From a candidate division FCPU426 bacterium (lineage in GTDB: Bacteria; Oederibacteriota; JAAXVQ01; JAUVAV01): DNA of 64,000 nt. Location of the stretch: contig JAUVAV010000009.1 of assembly GCA_030591525.1 (NCBI GenBank), positions 16,805 through 80,804 on the forward strand, given 5' to 3'. Both the position numbers and the translations under genes were made by a program. Each line of letters begins with the position of its first letter. Positions within the stretch are counted from its first letter, which is position 1. The notes under the pieces were generated by a model. The model was not told where the DNA came from. It searched no databases and saw nothing but the letters and a program-made list of their open reading frames with translations. Below, in pieces: positions 8,877-18,694 of the stretch.

Positions 8877-9654
8877 CCGGCTTCATCCTTATATTTTTTT
8901 CCTGCTTTTCTGCTGGGGTGTTTCGGCGTCCTCGCCCGTCCCGGCCGAGGAACAGACCAGCTGTATCTGGTCCCATGTGGGTGAAGAACTCCTGGCAATA
9001 GGCGCCTCGCCTCTGAAAGGATCCTGGTCCGATTATCTGCTGGCTTCCGGAATAGCCGGAGGCCTGGCCATAGCGCTAAACAATGATATCAACTGGTACG
9101 CGCAGATACAAGACCATCGGACCGAATGCCAAGACCATCTAATGCCGGCTGCCTCGCTTTTAGGCGATGGTTTTATACATCTGGTTGGATGCGCCGCCTT
9201 GTACAAATTTGGAAACGAGCATGACCGGAAAACCGCCGCCCTGGCTTTGGAAGGACAAATTAATGTCGCACTTATGGCATTCTTGTTAAAAGCCGCTTTC
9301 AGTGCCACACGTCCGGCAACCGATAACTCTCAACGCCATTGGTTTACCTTCTCTTTAAATCACTCAAGTTTTCCTTCCGGACATACTATGAGCGCTTTCT
9401 GCGGCGCTGTCATCTTAGGGCAAGCCTATCATCTGCAATGGGTCACTTATCCCCTGGCCGCGTTAGTGGCCTATTCCCGGATTTATAATCAAAGACATTG
9501 GCCGGCGGACGTGATCGCCGGTGCCGGACTCGGCCTTTTGATTGGGCATACGGTTCTGGGCTTCCATCGCGGCCAATCAAAAAAACCGGGCATTCATTTT
9601 TCAGTCCGGCCGGCCCGGGATGGCGGCCACATGGTGATCTCATGGTTGTTTTGA
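8860..9654 (+). CDS. PAP2-family membrane lipid phosphatase
   Basis: Signal peptide; PAP2 motifs KxxxxxxRP (ATRP), PSGHT and SRxxxxxHxxxD (SRIYNQRHWPAD); start chosen at the internal ATG overlapping the upstream stop. Confidence 0.75.
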   Translation: MKSPHSRLHPYIFFLLFCWGVSASSPVPAEEQTSCIWSHVGEELLAIGASPLKGSWSDYLLASGIAGGLAIALNNDINWYAQIQDHRTECQDHLMPAASLLGDGFIHLVGCAALYKFGNEHDRKTAALALEGQINVALMAFLLKAAFSATRPATDNSQRHWFTFSLNHSSFPSGHTMSAFCGAVILGQAYHLQWVTYPLAALVAYSRIYNQRHWPADVIAGAGLGLLIGHTVLGFHRGQSKKPGIHFSVRPARDGGHMVISWLF

Positions 9655-10772
9655 AGCATATTTTAATTACTCTGGGCCTCCTGCTATTTGCATCCCCGCC
9701 CACTACTGCCGCACCCTGTCCTTTATCAGATTATAAATTCTCCGGCTGTATCCAGGGCGAAGTCAGCGGAGCGGGCAAAGTGCCGGAAACCCGGGCCTTG
9801 ATGAAACGTCTGGATTTCCGGCTTAGCACTCTCCTGCCCTGGCCCGGATGGCTGATCGCAGCTGAAGCCGGCATGACAGGACTTCATATGGTTTTGGGAG
9901 AAACCTACCTGGAATACCGCCTGGGCACTGTTACTACCTTTAAAATCGGCCGCTTCCGCCTGCCTTTTGGTATTGAGCCCCAAACCCATGCCGCTAAAAT
10001 GGATACTATAGCAGGCTCGCTGCTTTACGGATTCGGAAATTACGGCTGGCCCGAAACATTGGGCCTGGCCGGTGTGGGTGAGTTTGCTTACGGCCTGCGG
10101 GCTGATTTTATCTGGCCGCCCCGGTTTGCCGGCCTCGCGCCTTTTATCAGCGCCGCCCTGGTTACTGGAAACGGGCGGGATATCATCCCGGATATCCCCT
10201 CCCAAGGCATGATCCGGCTGGGCTTTGCCAGTTGCCTGGAACTGGAGGAACTCCGGCATGAGATGGAATTGGGTCTTTCCGGAGCTTATGGTTGGAATGA
10301 ACTAAGCCAGTCAGGGGGAGAATATGTTCCCTTGGGGTGGTCGGGAAATCCGGAATTAAATGAGGCCGGGGTTGTAAGCTTTTCTAATTTCGGCGGCCAT
10401 GGTCCGGTTTCACTCCTGGGAGCGGATATCCGTCTGCGTATGAATGATCTGATTCTCAAGGCGGAATGGATGGCACGCCGCCTTGAGAACTTTCATTCCC
10501 ATGGTTACTATTTGACCGCTATTTTCGAACTGGAACGTTATATCCCGGCCAACCTGGACCTGGTGGCACGCTGGGAAGAGGTGGTTCAAGGTTACGCCGA
10601 CGGCCTGCATGCCCCGGGAAAACCCTATTCGGCTGCTACGGCCGGTCTTAAATGGAGGTTCTGTTCATACTGGCAGCTGGAAATTAATTATGTCAGCTTG
10701 CTTTATGCTTCCCGCCTCCACGCCTTTCCCAACTCAGATATTGTGATGGCTCTGCTTCAAGTCAGCTTTTAG
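9642..10772 (+). CDS. Putative outer-membrane beta-barrel protein (porin-like)
   Basis: Signal peptide; alternating amphipathic strands; C-terminal aromatic residue F; start overlaps the PAP2 stop. Confidence 0.5.
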   Translation: MVVLKHILITLGLLLFASPPTTAAPCPLSDYKFSGCIQGEVSGAGKVPETRALMKRLDFRLSTLLPWPGWLIAAEAGMTGLHMVLGETYLEYRLGTVTTFKIGRFRLPFGIEPQTHAAKMDTIAGSLLYGFGNYGWPETLGLAGVGEFAYGLRADFIWPPRFAGLAPFISAALVTGNGRDIIPDIPSQGMIRLGFASCLELEELRHEMELGLSGAYGWNELSQSGGEYVPLGWSGNPELNEAGVVSFSNFGGHGPVSLLGADIRLRMNDLILKAEWMARRLENFHSHGYYLTAIFELERYIPANLDLVARWEEVVQGYADGLHAPGKPYSAATAGLKWRFCSYWQLEINYVSLLYASRLHAFPNSDIVMALLQVSF

Positions 10773-10791
10773 ACGCTCCCTTAAATAGTGC

Positions 10792-12399
10792 TTACCGCTT
10801 TTTACAAACTCGATTTCTCCCATTTTGTTTAGCAGTATATAATGCTTCGTCAGCACGCCGTATGAGCGTAGTTGCCGTATCCTCAGTGTCACCTAAATCT
10901 GCCACGCCCAGACTAATCGTGACACGAATAATTTGCTTCTGGAAATTAAATCTGGTTTTCTCTACCGCTCGCCTAAGTTTCTCGGCCACAATTACAGCGT
11001 CATGGATTTCAGTTTCGGATAAAACTATGGCGATTTCTTCACCGCCATAACGGGCTACGGTATCAGTTTCGCGCGTGTGTTCTTTTAAAATTCCCGCGGT
11101 CTGCTGTAATACTTTATCTCCCATTAAGTGTCCATAGGTATCATTGATGGATTTAAAATGATCCATATCTATCAGTATAAACGCCAGCGGCCGACGATAG
11201 CGCTGAGCACGGATGATTTCTTTTTCTAAGGTACTCATTAAATAGCGCCGGGTATAAATTTTCATAAGGGGATCTTCTTGGTATTCTCTCTGTTTTTTTT
11301 CAGTATGGGTATTAAAGAAATATATCATTTGATTCATAATATTAGCAATGCGTTGCGTAAAGACAAATTCGCGCGCTTCAATTAAAACGTCTTTGTAATT
11401 ACTAAGAAACACTTCCTTCAATCCATCCTCGATCCCGAGGATAGCGTCTTCGAGCCGATTCCCCTGGATATAAATAATTTTCCAGAGAACCGGCAAAAAT
11501 ATCAGGATTAAAATAAAAATGATTATTGCGCTGGAAACAATAAACTTTTTAAATAAGCTGGTCATATCAAATTCGAGACAAAATATATTTTTTTGCCCAA
11601 AATTTTGTCTAACCCGGTACTTCCAGCCATAGGCTGCTTTAGATTTTATCAACAAATGAATGCCGGATTTCGTTGACAATCCACAATTAGCAAAATCATT
11701 TCCAACCCTTCCCGGCAATTTATCCTGGTTGCGCTGCCAAAAATAACACTTTTTCTCTTCACTGGGATGCCAGATCAGAATCTCTAAATTTTCAATACTG
11801 GCAAGCTGGTTTTGAACCAGGCGGGGAATCAACCCGAACTCAGGAAGAGATGTTTTTAAACTTTCTTCAGCCATCTGCGCTTGGGGCGGGGAAGGCAGCC
11901 TGCGTTTAGGAGGCGATGTTGGTTGCAGGCGTTCGCGGGTTATATGGTTTTTAGTTTGGTTGCTAAAAATATTTTTAACTATTCGAAATTCATACATGTT
12001 GCTTATTGCTTTGAGCAGGTTTTTTAAAAACCAGATCGCTTTTAAAAACATCGCCTTAAATTTATAGGAGCTGACACTTAATTTGATTTTTGATTTTATT
12101 TTTTTTATTTCAGATATTTTCCGGACGGCTTTTTTATTAATTTTATTTATTTTCGCCTTGAAAACCGTGTTTAGCGCAGAGGTGGTAGTTGCGGGATCCC
12201 TATATACTATGCTAGGCTTAATTAATTTTCGTTGCTGTAAACAAATAAACGCTTTTTCTGATCGTTCGGCAATTGTTTTTTGACTCATATAATCAAAAAT
12301 AAATCCAGCTGCAATAATCAGGAAACAAGCAAAAATCAAAACCGCCGCGGTAATATGAATACCCAACCGCTGATGAAAAACCGCAGGTCGCTTTAACAT
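10792..12399 (-). CDS. Membrane sensor diguanylate cyclase (GGDEF, GGEEI variant)
   Basis: Two TM segments flank a ~250-aa Lys-rich periplasmic region; C-term GGDEF domain RYGGEEIAIVL with conserved flanks. Confidence 0.85.
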   Translation of the reverse strand: MLKRPAVFHQRLGIHITAAVLIFACFLIIAAGFIFDYMSQKTIAERSEKAFICLQQRKLIKPSIVYRDPATTTSALNTVFKAKINKINKKAVRKISEIKKIKSKIKLSVSSYKFKAMFLKAIWFLKNLLKAISNMYEFRIVKNIFSNQTKNHITRERLQPTSPPKRRLPSPPQAQMAEESLKTSLPEFGLIPRLVQNQLASIENLEILIWHPSEEKKCYFWQRNQDKLPGRVGNDFANCGLSTKSGIHLLIKSKAAYGWKYRVRQNFGQKNIFCLEFDMTSLFKKFIVSSAIIIFILILIFLPVLWKIIYIQGNRLEDAILGIEDGLKEVFLSNYKDVLIEAREFVFTQRIANIMNQMIYFFNTHTEKKQREYQEDPLMKIYTRRYLMSTLEKEIIRAQRYRRPLAFILIDMDHFKSINDTYGHLMGDKVLQQTAGILKEHTRETDTVARYGGEEIAIVLSETEIHDAVIVAEKLRRAVEKTRFNFQKQIIRVTISLGVADLGDTEDTATTLIRRADEALYTAKQNGRNRVCKKR

Positions 12400-12410
12400 T
12401 TCGGGCCCCT

Positions 12411-12452
12411 AGGAGTTTGAGCATTTAGTCATAGACTAATTGCTCAAACTCC
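12411..12452. repeat. 42-bp imperfect palindrome AGGAGTTTGAGCATTTAGTCATAGACTAATTGCTCAAACTCC (second copy, reverse-complemented, at 24828-24870)
   Basis: Direct comparison of the two sites; an array of TAATTGCTCA-like half-sites follows at 12437-12557. Confidence 0.8.
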
Positions 12453-12595
12453 AGAGCAATTGAAAATCGAACAATAGATCAATAAAAAACTCAATTGCGG
12501 TCTATTTTCTAGTGCTCAATTGCTCAGAAATTAAAAAAATCAGACTAATTGCTCAAGCTTCTAATTATTTGCGCATTTATATGAGAGTATTGGCT

Positions 12596-14113
12596 TTATT
12601 TTTTTAGGGGAAATTTCAAAGTCAGAATCTCGCTCTGGGTGGTCTCCTGGCCTTGGTAGTCTAGAGCCGTAACGGCATACCGCCAGGTTCCCCGCTTAAC
12701 TTTTTTTAGCCAAATCAGATTTTTCGAGATCGGTTTGGTCTCAATTTTTTTTAGCTGACCTTGCTTGCCTCGGCCTCGATAGAAATGATATTTCCGGGTA
12801 ATCAGAGCTGAATCCAACCAGTAAATCAAAACTCCCTTTCCGGTTTTTATATATTTTGGCTTAGCCGGCGATTCCTGAGAAGCCGCTTGCTGTTGGTTAA
12901 TAATCTTTTTAAGGTCTGCCAACGCTTGCTCGGCTTCGGCCGCGGCTTGATTTATCTTCAAAAACTTGACTTTAGGCAGCAAGTAATAAGTGCCGCCCAC
13001 TCCCAGAATTAATCCTAAAATAAATACTATGAAAACACCTATACGGCTTTTCCCTTTTCCAGAAACATCCTCCGGCATATCATCGAGGTCTTCGGAAAAC
13101 AGGACACTTTGCCGGGCCTGAACCTCTGACGGTTTCTGCTGCCGATTATTTTGATCTTCATACGGTCCGGTATCTAATATATTTCCAGCTGCGGTTTTAA
13201 AGTTAGAATCCGAATCCGGTTCATCATCTTCATTGACGCGCAGGGTAATTCCCGAACCTGTTTTTGAGATCAGCTCCCGTTCCGGCTCCCGTTCCGGCTC
13301 CAGCTCTGGCTCCAGCTCTGGCTCCAGCTCTGGCTCCAGCTCTGGCTCCGGTTCTGGCTCCGGGTCTTCAAATAGAGAAGCTCCTTTTAGCAAGCGATCT
13401 TCCTGCTCCGGATCGGACTTCACCTCTACTATTTCCTCTTCCGCGTCCAAGGCTTCCTTGGTTTCAGCTTCCTCCCGGTCAGACGACTGACTAGCGCGGC
13501 CATTGGAAAACGAGTCCCTCTCCAATAATGGTGCTTCGTCAGACATAAAATCTTTCGGCACCTGAATGGAATCCAAGTTAATTTTTAATTCCTTTTTCTT
13601 AATCCCTTTCTTTTTATCCGGCTTGGATTCCCGGCTCCCGGAGGACGCGGCTTTCCGGCGGGCGGAGGGTTTAGCCGGTTTTTTTTCGTTTTTGCCTATC
13701 TCCGGCTCGCCTTCCATTTCCAGCAAATTCATAACCGCGGGTGAAATTATAGCCGGCATTCCTTCGGCTCGTGAGACCAGCAAATCGAAAATTTCATTTA
13801 GCGCCATCTGAAGTTCATCCGGCATGGCGGAAATCTGGGTCATTCCGTCCAGCATTAGCTTGACTTCAGTCAGTTGATTGATAGAAGGATTTTTAAAATT
13901 CAACCCGCGTTCCCCAAAAATCGCTTCCATGAAACCACTGACATGCTGAAAAAGCCCTTTTTCTTCCTGTTTAAGTCCAACGGCTGAATTACCCTTAGTT
14001 TGATTCAAACGGCTGATAACAATATATGCGGAGATCACTCCATCCCGGACTTCCAGCGGAGTCAACTCTCCCTTAGTCATAAATTCTTTCAGCCGTTTTA
14101 AATACTTTTCCAT
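12596..14113 (-). CDS. Hypothetical single-pass membrane protein: cytoplasmic N-domain, acidic (PE/LE)n low-complexity region, TM, periplasmic FN3-like C-domain
   Basis: PEPEPELEPELEPELEPELEPE stretch; TM IGVFIVFILGLILGVGGTYYLL; C-term YRYAVTALDYQGQETTQSE. Confidence 0.5.
   Translation of the reverse strand: MEKYLKRLKEFMTKGELTPLEVRDGVISAYIVISRLNQTKGNSAVGLKQEEKGLFQHVSGFMEAIFGERGLNFKNPSINQLTEVKLMLDGMTQISAMPDELQMALNEIFDLLVSRAEGMPAIISPAVMNLLEMEGEPEIGKNEKKPAKPSARRKAASSGSRESKPDKKKGIKKKELKINLDSIQVPKDFMSDEAPLLERDSFSNGRASQSSDREEAETKEALDAEEEIVEVKSDPEQEDRLLKGASLFEDPEPEPEPELEPELEPELEPELEPEREPERELISKTGSGITLRVNEDDEPDSDSNFKTAAGNILDTGPYEDQNNRQQKPSEVQARQSVLFSEDLDDMPEDVSGKGKSRIGVFIVFILGLILGVGGTYYLLPKVKFLKINQAAAEAEQALADLKKIINQQQAASQESPAKPKYIKTGKGVLIYWLDSALITRKYHFYRGRGKQGQLKKIETKPISKNLIWLKKVKRGTWRYAVTALDYQGQETTQSEILTLKFPLKK
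13272..13365. repeat. 12-bp tandem repeat (ggctccagctct)n encoding the acidic PE/LE run
   Basis: About six consecutive units visible in the sequence. Confidence 0.8.
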
Positions 14114-14214
14114 GCCCTGTACCCCCTGGCACTATTAGTTTTATTTATTATATCACCAGGATTGTTCTCCTGCAACCGGTCATCTTGTCTTTTCTTATCC
14201 CCTCCGCCGGATTA

Positions 14215-14733
14215 TTAATCTTTTTCGGCCAGCGCTTTTACAATGGCCCGGCCAAAAGCTTCCGCTGCTTCCGGTCCCGAGGCGGTGATAAGCTGGCCTT
14301 CTATTTCCACCGGATGGCCGGTATAAATTGCTCCGGCTTTTTCCAGTTCCTCTTTTCCCGTTGGGAAAACCGTGGCCTTTTTCCCTTGCAATAAACCGGC
14401 GCGCGCCAGAATAACCGGCGCAATGCAGATCGCGGTCAGGAGTTTCCCCGGTTGCATAAATTCAGAGGCGGCTTGATGCGCCCGGGGCATCTCAAAATAC
14501 TCACTCGTCCCTGGCCCGCCGACAAAGAGCAGCGCATCGAAATCCGAGACTTGAATATCGGTCAGGCACATATCCACCGGTATAATCCGGCCGAATTTGC
14601 TGACAGCCGAGTTTGCTCGTGAAGAAACCGTAACTACTTGAATTCCGTTAGCTGTGAAAATTTCTTTAGGCGTCCAATATTCTTCGTCGCGAAATCCGTT
14701 TTGGGCAATAACCATGGCGATTTTTTTTTGCAT
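14215..14733 (-). CDS. DJ-1/PfpI family protein
   Basis: Class-I glutamine amidotransferase-like fold with nucleophile elbow AICIAP. Confidence 0.8.
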   Translation of the reverse strand: MQKKIAMVIAQNGFRDEEYWTPKEIFTANGIQVVTVSSRANSAVSKFGRIIPVDMCLTDIQVSDFDALLFVGGPGTSEYFEMPRAHQAASEFMQPGKLLTAICIAPVILARAGLLQGKKATVFPTGKEELEKAGAIYTGHPVEIEGQLITASGPEAAEAFGRAIVKALAEKD

Positions 14734-14760
14734 CTTACGCTCCTGCCGTAGCCGTTTTAT

Positions 14761-16152
14761 TCATTCCCCGCTCCCACCAACGGTGATCTTGGGAATACGC
14801 AGCGTCGGCTGAGCATCCGCTACGGGCACGCTTTGTTCATCCTTGCCGCAGGTTCCAATCCCCAGTCCGCAATCCGTCCCAACCATGTCAATGCTTTTTA
14901 AAACTTGCTGTCCGTTTCCAATCAGGGTAGCGCCGCGCACCGGTTCCGCGGGTTCACCCTCCCGAATAATATAGCCTTCATTGATCTCAAATACAAAATC
15001 ACCGTTTACGGTATTGACCTGGCCGCCGCCCATGCGTACTACATACAAACCCCGGGATACGGATTTGATAATATCGTCCGGAGGACTCTCTCCCGGAAGA
15101 ATCATAGTATTGCTCATACGCGGCAGTGGCCCATAGGCATAGGACTGGCGTCTCCCATTGCCGGTCGGCCGCACTCCGGCCAGGCGGGCACTGAGCATAT
15201 CATGCATGAATCCCAGCAATACGCCCCGCTCCACCAGCAGGGTCCGCTCCCCTGGCGAGCCTTCGTCATCCAACCCATAAGAACCCCGCCATCCCTCCAA
15301 GGTCGCGTCATCCACTACGCTGATAAGCGGCGAGGCCACATTCTGCCCGATTTTATCCCCAAAAGGGGAAAGCCCCTTCCTAATCAAATCGCCTTCCAAG
15401 GAATGACCAATAGCCTCGTGGATCATGGTTCCCCCGGCCTCGGAAGCCAGCACTACGGTCATGCGTCCGCTGGGCGCGGGCTGGGCTGTCAGCAGCATAT
15501 GGGCTCGGCGTCCGGCCCTCATTCCGGTCTCGCCGGGATCCTGGTCATGAAAAAATTCCCAGCCCCGGGCCCCGCCTAGGGACTCATATCCGGTCTGTAT
15601 GATATTATCTTGGCCCGCTACGGCATTGACCCCCAGCATAACCTGGACTCTCTGATCCTCGAACCAGATACGGTCTGACCTGGCTATACCTACTCGCTGC
15701 GTAAAACCATTCAACATAACAGTAACCTGGCGTATTAAAGGCCCTGATCCGCGAGCGGCCCTTTCCGCTTGCATGGCCAATTCAAGCCGCTGAGCAAGCG
15801 GAAGCGCAGCTGGTGAATGCCCAGCCAGCCTGGGCTTTCTCTGGGATTGCAAAATCATTGGATCTGCTTTGCTTTGTTCCTCCGTTGAACCAATCAGCTC
15901 ACAGGCCGCATCCCGGAGCCCCTGGGAGGTCACCTCATTGGTGCTGGCAAAAAAAGTAGCATCCCCGCGCACTAAACGGAGACCGGCACCGAGTTCGCCC
16001 TGGTCAATAATTTGATCCGGCCGGGAGTCTTCGATCTTTATCCTGGTGGTATGATTTTCTTCTATAAATATGTCGGCAAAATCGCATCCGGCCCGGGTCA
16101 GGATAGGCAAGGCCTCGCCGGCGATTTCCTGCCAGTTTATGACTTCCGGCAT
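14761..16152 (-). CDS. tldD: TldD-family metalloprotease
   Basis: HEAIGH (HExxxH) motif plus TldD/PmbA fold-wide similarity. Confidence 0.75.
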   Translation of the reverse strand: MPEVINWQEIAGEALPILTRAGCDFADIFIEENHTTRIKIEDSRPDQIIDQGELGAGLRLVRGDATFFASTNEVTSQGLRDAACELIGSTEEQSKADPMILQSQRKPRLAGHSPAALPLAQRLELAMQAERAARGSGPLIRQVTVMLNGFTQRVGIARSDRIWFEDQRVQVMLGVNAVAGQDNIIQTGYESLGGARGWEFFHDQDPGETGMRAGRRAHMLLTAQPAPSGRMTVVLASEAGGTMIHEAIGHSLEGDLIRKGLSPFGDKIGQNVASPLISVVDDATLEGWRGSYGLDDEGSPGERTLLVERGVLLGFMHDMLSARLAGVRPTGNGRRQSYAYGPLPRMSNTMILPGESPPDDIIKSVSRGLYVVRMGGGQVNTVNGDFVFEINEGYIIREGEPAEPVRGATLIGNGQQVLKSIDMVGTDCGLGIGTCGKDEQSVPVADAQPTLRIPKITVGGSGE

Positions 16153-16167
16153 AAATTCAACTCCAGT

Positions 16168-17604
16168 TTATTTATTCGCATATTTAAATGCTAACTGCCG
16201 CCCGGTTTCCAGCAGGCGGCGTACCCGCGCCGGCTGGGACGATTCCGCGTAAATCCGCACCAGGGGCTCGGTTCCGGAAGGCCGGATCAGCAGCCAGGAA
16301 TCGTCTTCCAGGATAAACTTCACCCCGTCAAAATCTTTGATTTTCCTGATTCTTGTCCGGTCCATTAAGGCTGGCGGATTCTTGGTCAAGCCGTCCAGCA
16401 AAGCCGCACGCCGTTCCAGGGGAAAACCGAGATCCAACCGCTGGTAATGAAAGGCTCCGAATTCCTTTTCCATCTCTTTTAGAATCCAGGAAAGCGGCCG
16501 GCCTTCCATGGCCGCCAATTCCAGCAGAAGCAATCCAGCCAATACCCCGTCGCGCTCGGGAATATAATGGTGAAATCCCATGCCTCCGGATTCCTCGCCG
16601 GCCAGCATAAAATTCTCTTTTAAAATCAGCTCTCCGAGATGCTTAAAGCCCACCGGTGTTTCCCGCAATTCCAGACCATAAACCGCGCACATCCGGTCTA
16701 TCAAAAAGGTTCCGGATATGGTCTTGCCCACCGGCCCGCTTACTTTCCGGTTTTTAATAAAATGCCGTATCAGGAGCCCCAGGATTTTATGCGAGGTGAT
16801 ATATCTACCCTGGTCATCGACCAGGCCTACGCGATCCGCATCGCCGTCAACCGCTATTCCCAGATGCGCATGATTTTTTCGTACCGCATACTTTAAATCG
16901 CGCAGGCTCTCTTCTACTGGTTCGGGCTGCAATCCGCCGAAAAGCGGATCGCGTTGGTTGTGAATTGACAGAACTTTACAACGGTTGGCACCCGGGCGTT
17001 TCCATTCCAGGCAACGGCCCAGAAAATCAAGTCCGGATCCGTAAAGCGGGTCATATACTATGCGCAGGGGGAATTTCCGAATTTTTTCCATATCCACATA
17101 GGCGGTGATCTTGTTTAGGTACGGGGCTTCCAAATCCACGGGCTTTATAAGCCGGCGCTGCCGGGCCTGCTCAAGATCCAGGCTTTTCACTCTCTGTTTA
17201 TCGATCAAGGTTTCAATTCGTTGCGTAGTCTCGGGCAGGGCCGAGCCGCCAAAATCGGACTTGATTTTAAAGCCGTTATATTCATAGGGATTATGCGAAG
17301 ATGTAATGACCACCGCGCCGGCAGCCTTAAAATGCTTCACGCCCCAGGAAACCGCAGGCGTAGGCATGGCTTGGCCGGTCATAAGCACGGACAATCCATT
17401 GGCGCAAAGAACCCCGGCCGCAGCCTGGGCAAACTCTTCGGAAAGAAAACGGTTGTCATAGCCGACAATGATTGGTTTATTTTTGGTGGGAAGCTCTTTA
17501 AAATAAAGGGCCGTGGCCTGGGCTACCCGGCGGACGTTCTCCATGGTAAATTCCCGGGCAATAACGGCCCGCCAACCGTCAGTTCCGAATTTGATTTTAT
17601 CCAT
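16168..17604 (-). CDS. Phosphoglucomutase/phosphomannomutase
   Basis: TSSHNP active-site Ser loop; RBS AGGAG before the internal ATG at 17604. Confidence 0.85.
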   Translation of the reverse strand: MDKIKFGTDGWRAVIAREFTMENVRRVAQATALYFKELPTKNKPIIVGYDNRFLSEEFAQAAAGVLCANGLSVLMTGQAMPTPAVSWGVKHFKAAGAVVITSSHNPYEYNGFKIKSDFGGSALPETTQRIETLIDKQRVKSLDLEQARQRRLIKPVDLEAPYLNKITAYVDMEKIRKFPLRIVYDPLYGSGLDFLGRCLEWKRPGANRCKVLSIHNQRDPLFGGLQPEPVEESLRDLKYAVRKNHAHLGIAVDGDADRVGLVDDQGRYITSHKILGLLIRHFIKNRKVSGPVGKTISGTFLIDRMCAVYGLELRETPVGFKHLGELILKENFMLAGEESGGMGFHHYIPERDGVLAGLLLLELAAMEGRPLSWILKEMEKEFGAFHYQRLDLGFPLERRAALLDGLTKNPPALMDRTRIRKIKDFDGVKFILEDDSWLLIRPSGTEPLVRIYAESSQPARVRRLLETGRQLAFKYANK

Positions 17605-17626
17605 TAAGTATTTCTCCTGACATTTT

Positions 17627-18694
17627 TCAAACCACACTGTAATCCGGAATAATGGTGCCCTGCCCGAGCACGCTGCCCGGACGCACAGTGACAAAACGTC
17701 CGATCCGGCAGGCCGAGCCTATCACGCATCCGGAAAGCTTGGCTCCCTCTCCGATATCCACCCCATCCCAGATCACGCTGTGCCGAATCACAGCATGCGG
17801 TCCTACCTTTACTTTGCTGCCTAGTACTGCAAATTCTCCGATTCGCGCTTCCTCAGCCACAAAGCAATCATCGCCTAAAATTCCGGGCGAGCTTAATTCC
17901 GCCGTGGAATGAAAACGGCATCTTTTTCCCATATACAGCTTCGAATTTTTCTTCGCAACCGAACCAATCGGCAGCATGAACATGCGGCCTTCCAGGATAT
18001 CCTGATGGGCCTGGAGATATTTAGCCGGAGTCCCGATATCCATCCAGTAATCGCGGCTGGGAAACGACCATACCCTTTGTCCGGCAGAGAGCAGCTCGGG
18101 AAAAAGTTGGCGTTCCGAGGAATAGTTCTCACCCTCGGGAATCTGGTCAAATATCGCGGAATCGAAAATATACACCCCGGAATTAATCCAATGAGTCTGC
18201 CCTTCTCCCGGACTGGGTTTTTCCAGGAAACTATGAACCCGGCCGGCCTGGTTCGTCTGGACTAATCCATAGGCCGAAGGATCTTCCACCCAGGTAAGAC
18301 CTATGGTTAATACTGACCGCTGCCCGCGATGAACAGCTGCCATGCGCGTTAAATTAATATCTGTCAGAATATCACCGTTTAAAACCACTACCGTTTCCCG
18401 GCGATTAATAAATTTACCGGCATTTCGGATGGCGCCGGCCGTGCCTAAGGGTTGAGACTCCAGCGCATAATGCAGCTTGATTCCATATCGCCGGCCAGTG
18501 CCAAAGGCTGCCCGTAAAAGTTCGGGCTTGTGGCAGGTGGAAAGAATTATATCGCGTATCCCATGCTGCCGCAGAAAGGCAAACTGGTATTCCAGAAAGG
18601 CATGCCCCAGCATGGGCACCATACTTTTCAGGCAGTGGAGCGTAAGCGGCCGGAGTCTGGTTCCTTCACCACCAACTAAAATAATGGCTTTCAT
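17627..18694 (-). CDS. NDP-sugar pyrophosphorylase (mannose-1-P guanylyltransferase-like) with C-terminal left-handed beta-helix hexapeptide domain
   Basis: N-term MKAIILVGGEGTRLRPLT nucleotidyl-transferase motif; hexapeptide repeats in the C-term. Confidence 0.8.
   Translation of the reverse strand: MKAIILVGGEGTRLRPLTLHCLKSMVPMLGHAFLEYQFAFLRQHGIRDIILSTCHKPELLRAAFGTGRRYGIKLHYALESQPLGTAGAIRNAGKFINRRETVVVLNGDILTDINLTRMAAVHRGQRSVLTIGLTWVEDPSAYGLVQTNQAGRVHSFLEKPSPGEGQTHWINSGVYIFDSAIFDQIPEGENYSSERQLFPELLSAGQRVWSFPSRDYWMDIGTPAKYLQAHQDILEGRMFMLPIGSVAKKNSKLYMGKRCRFHSTAELSSPGILGDDCFVAEEARIGEFAVLGSKVKVGPHAVIRHSVIWDGVDIGEGAKLSGCVIGSACRIGRFVTVRPGSVLGQGTIIPDYSVV

Noticed and set aside
13233-13494. Plus-strand ORFs encoding (SGS)n / (APAL)n low-complexity peptides
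   Set aside because: Alternative-frame readings of the 12-bp microsatellite inside the minus-strand gene 12596-14113.
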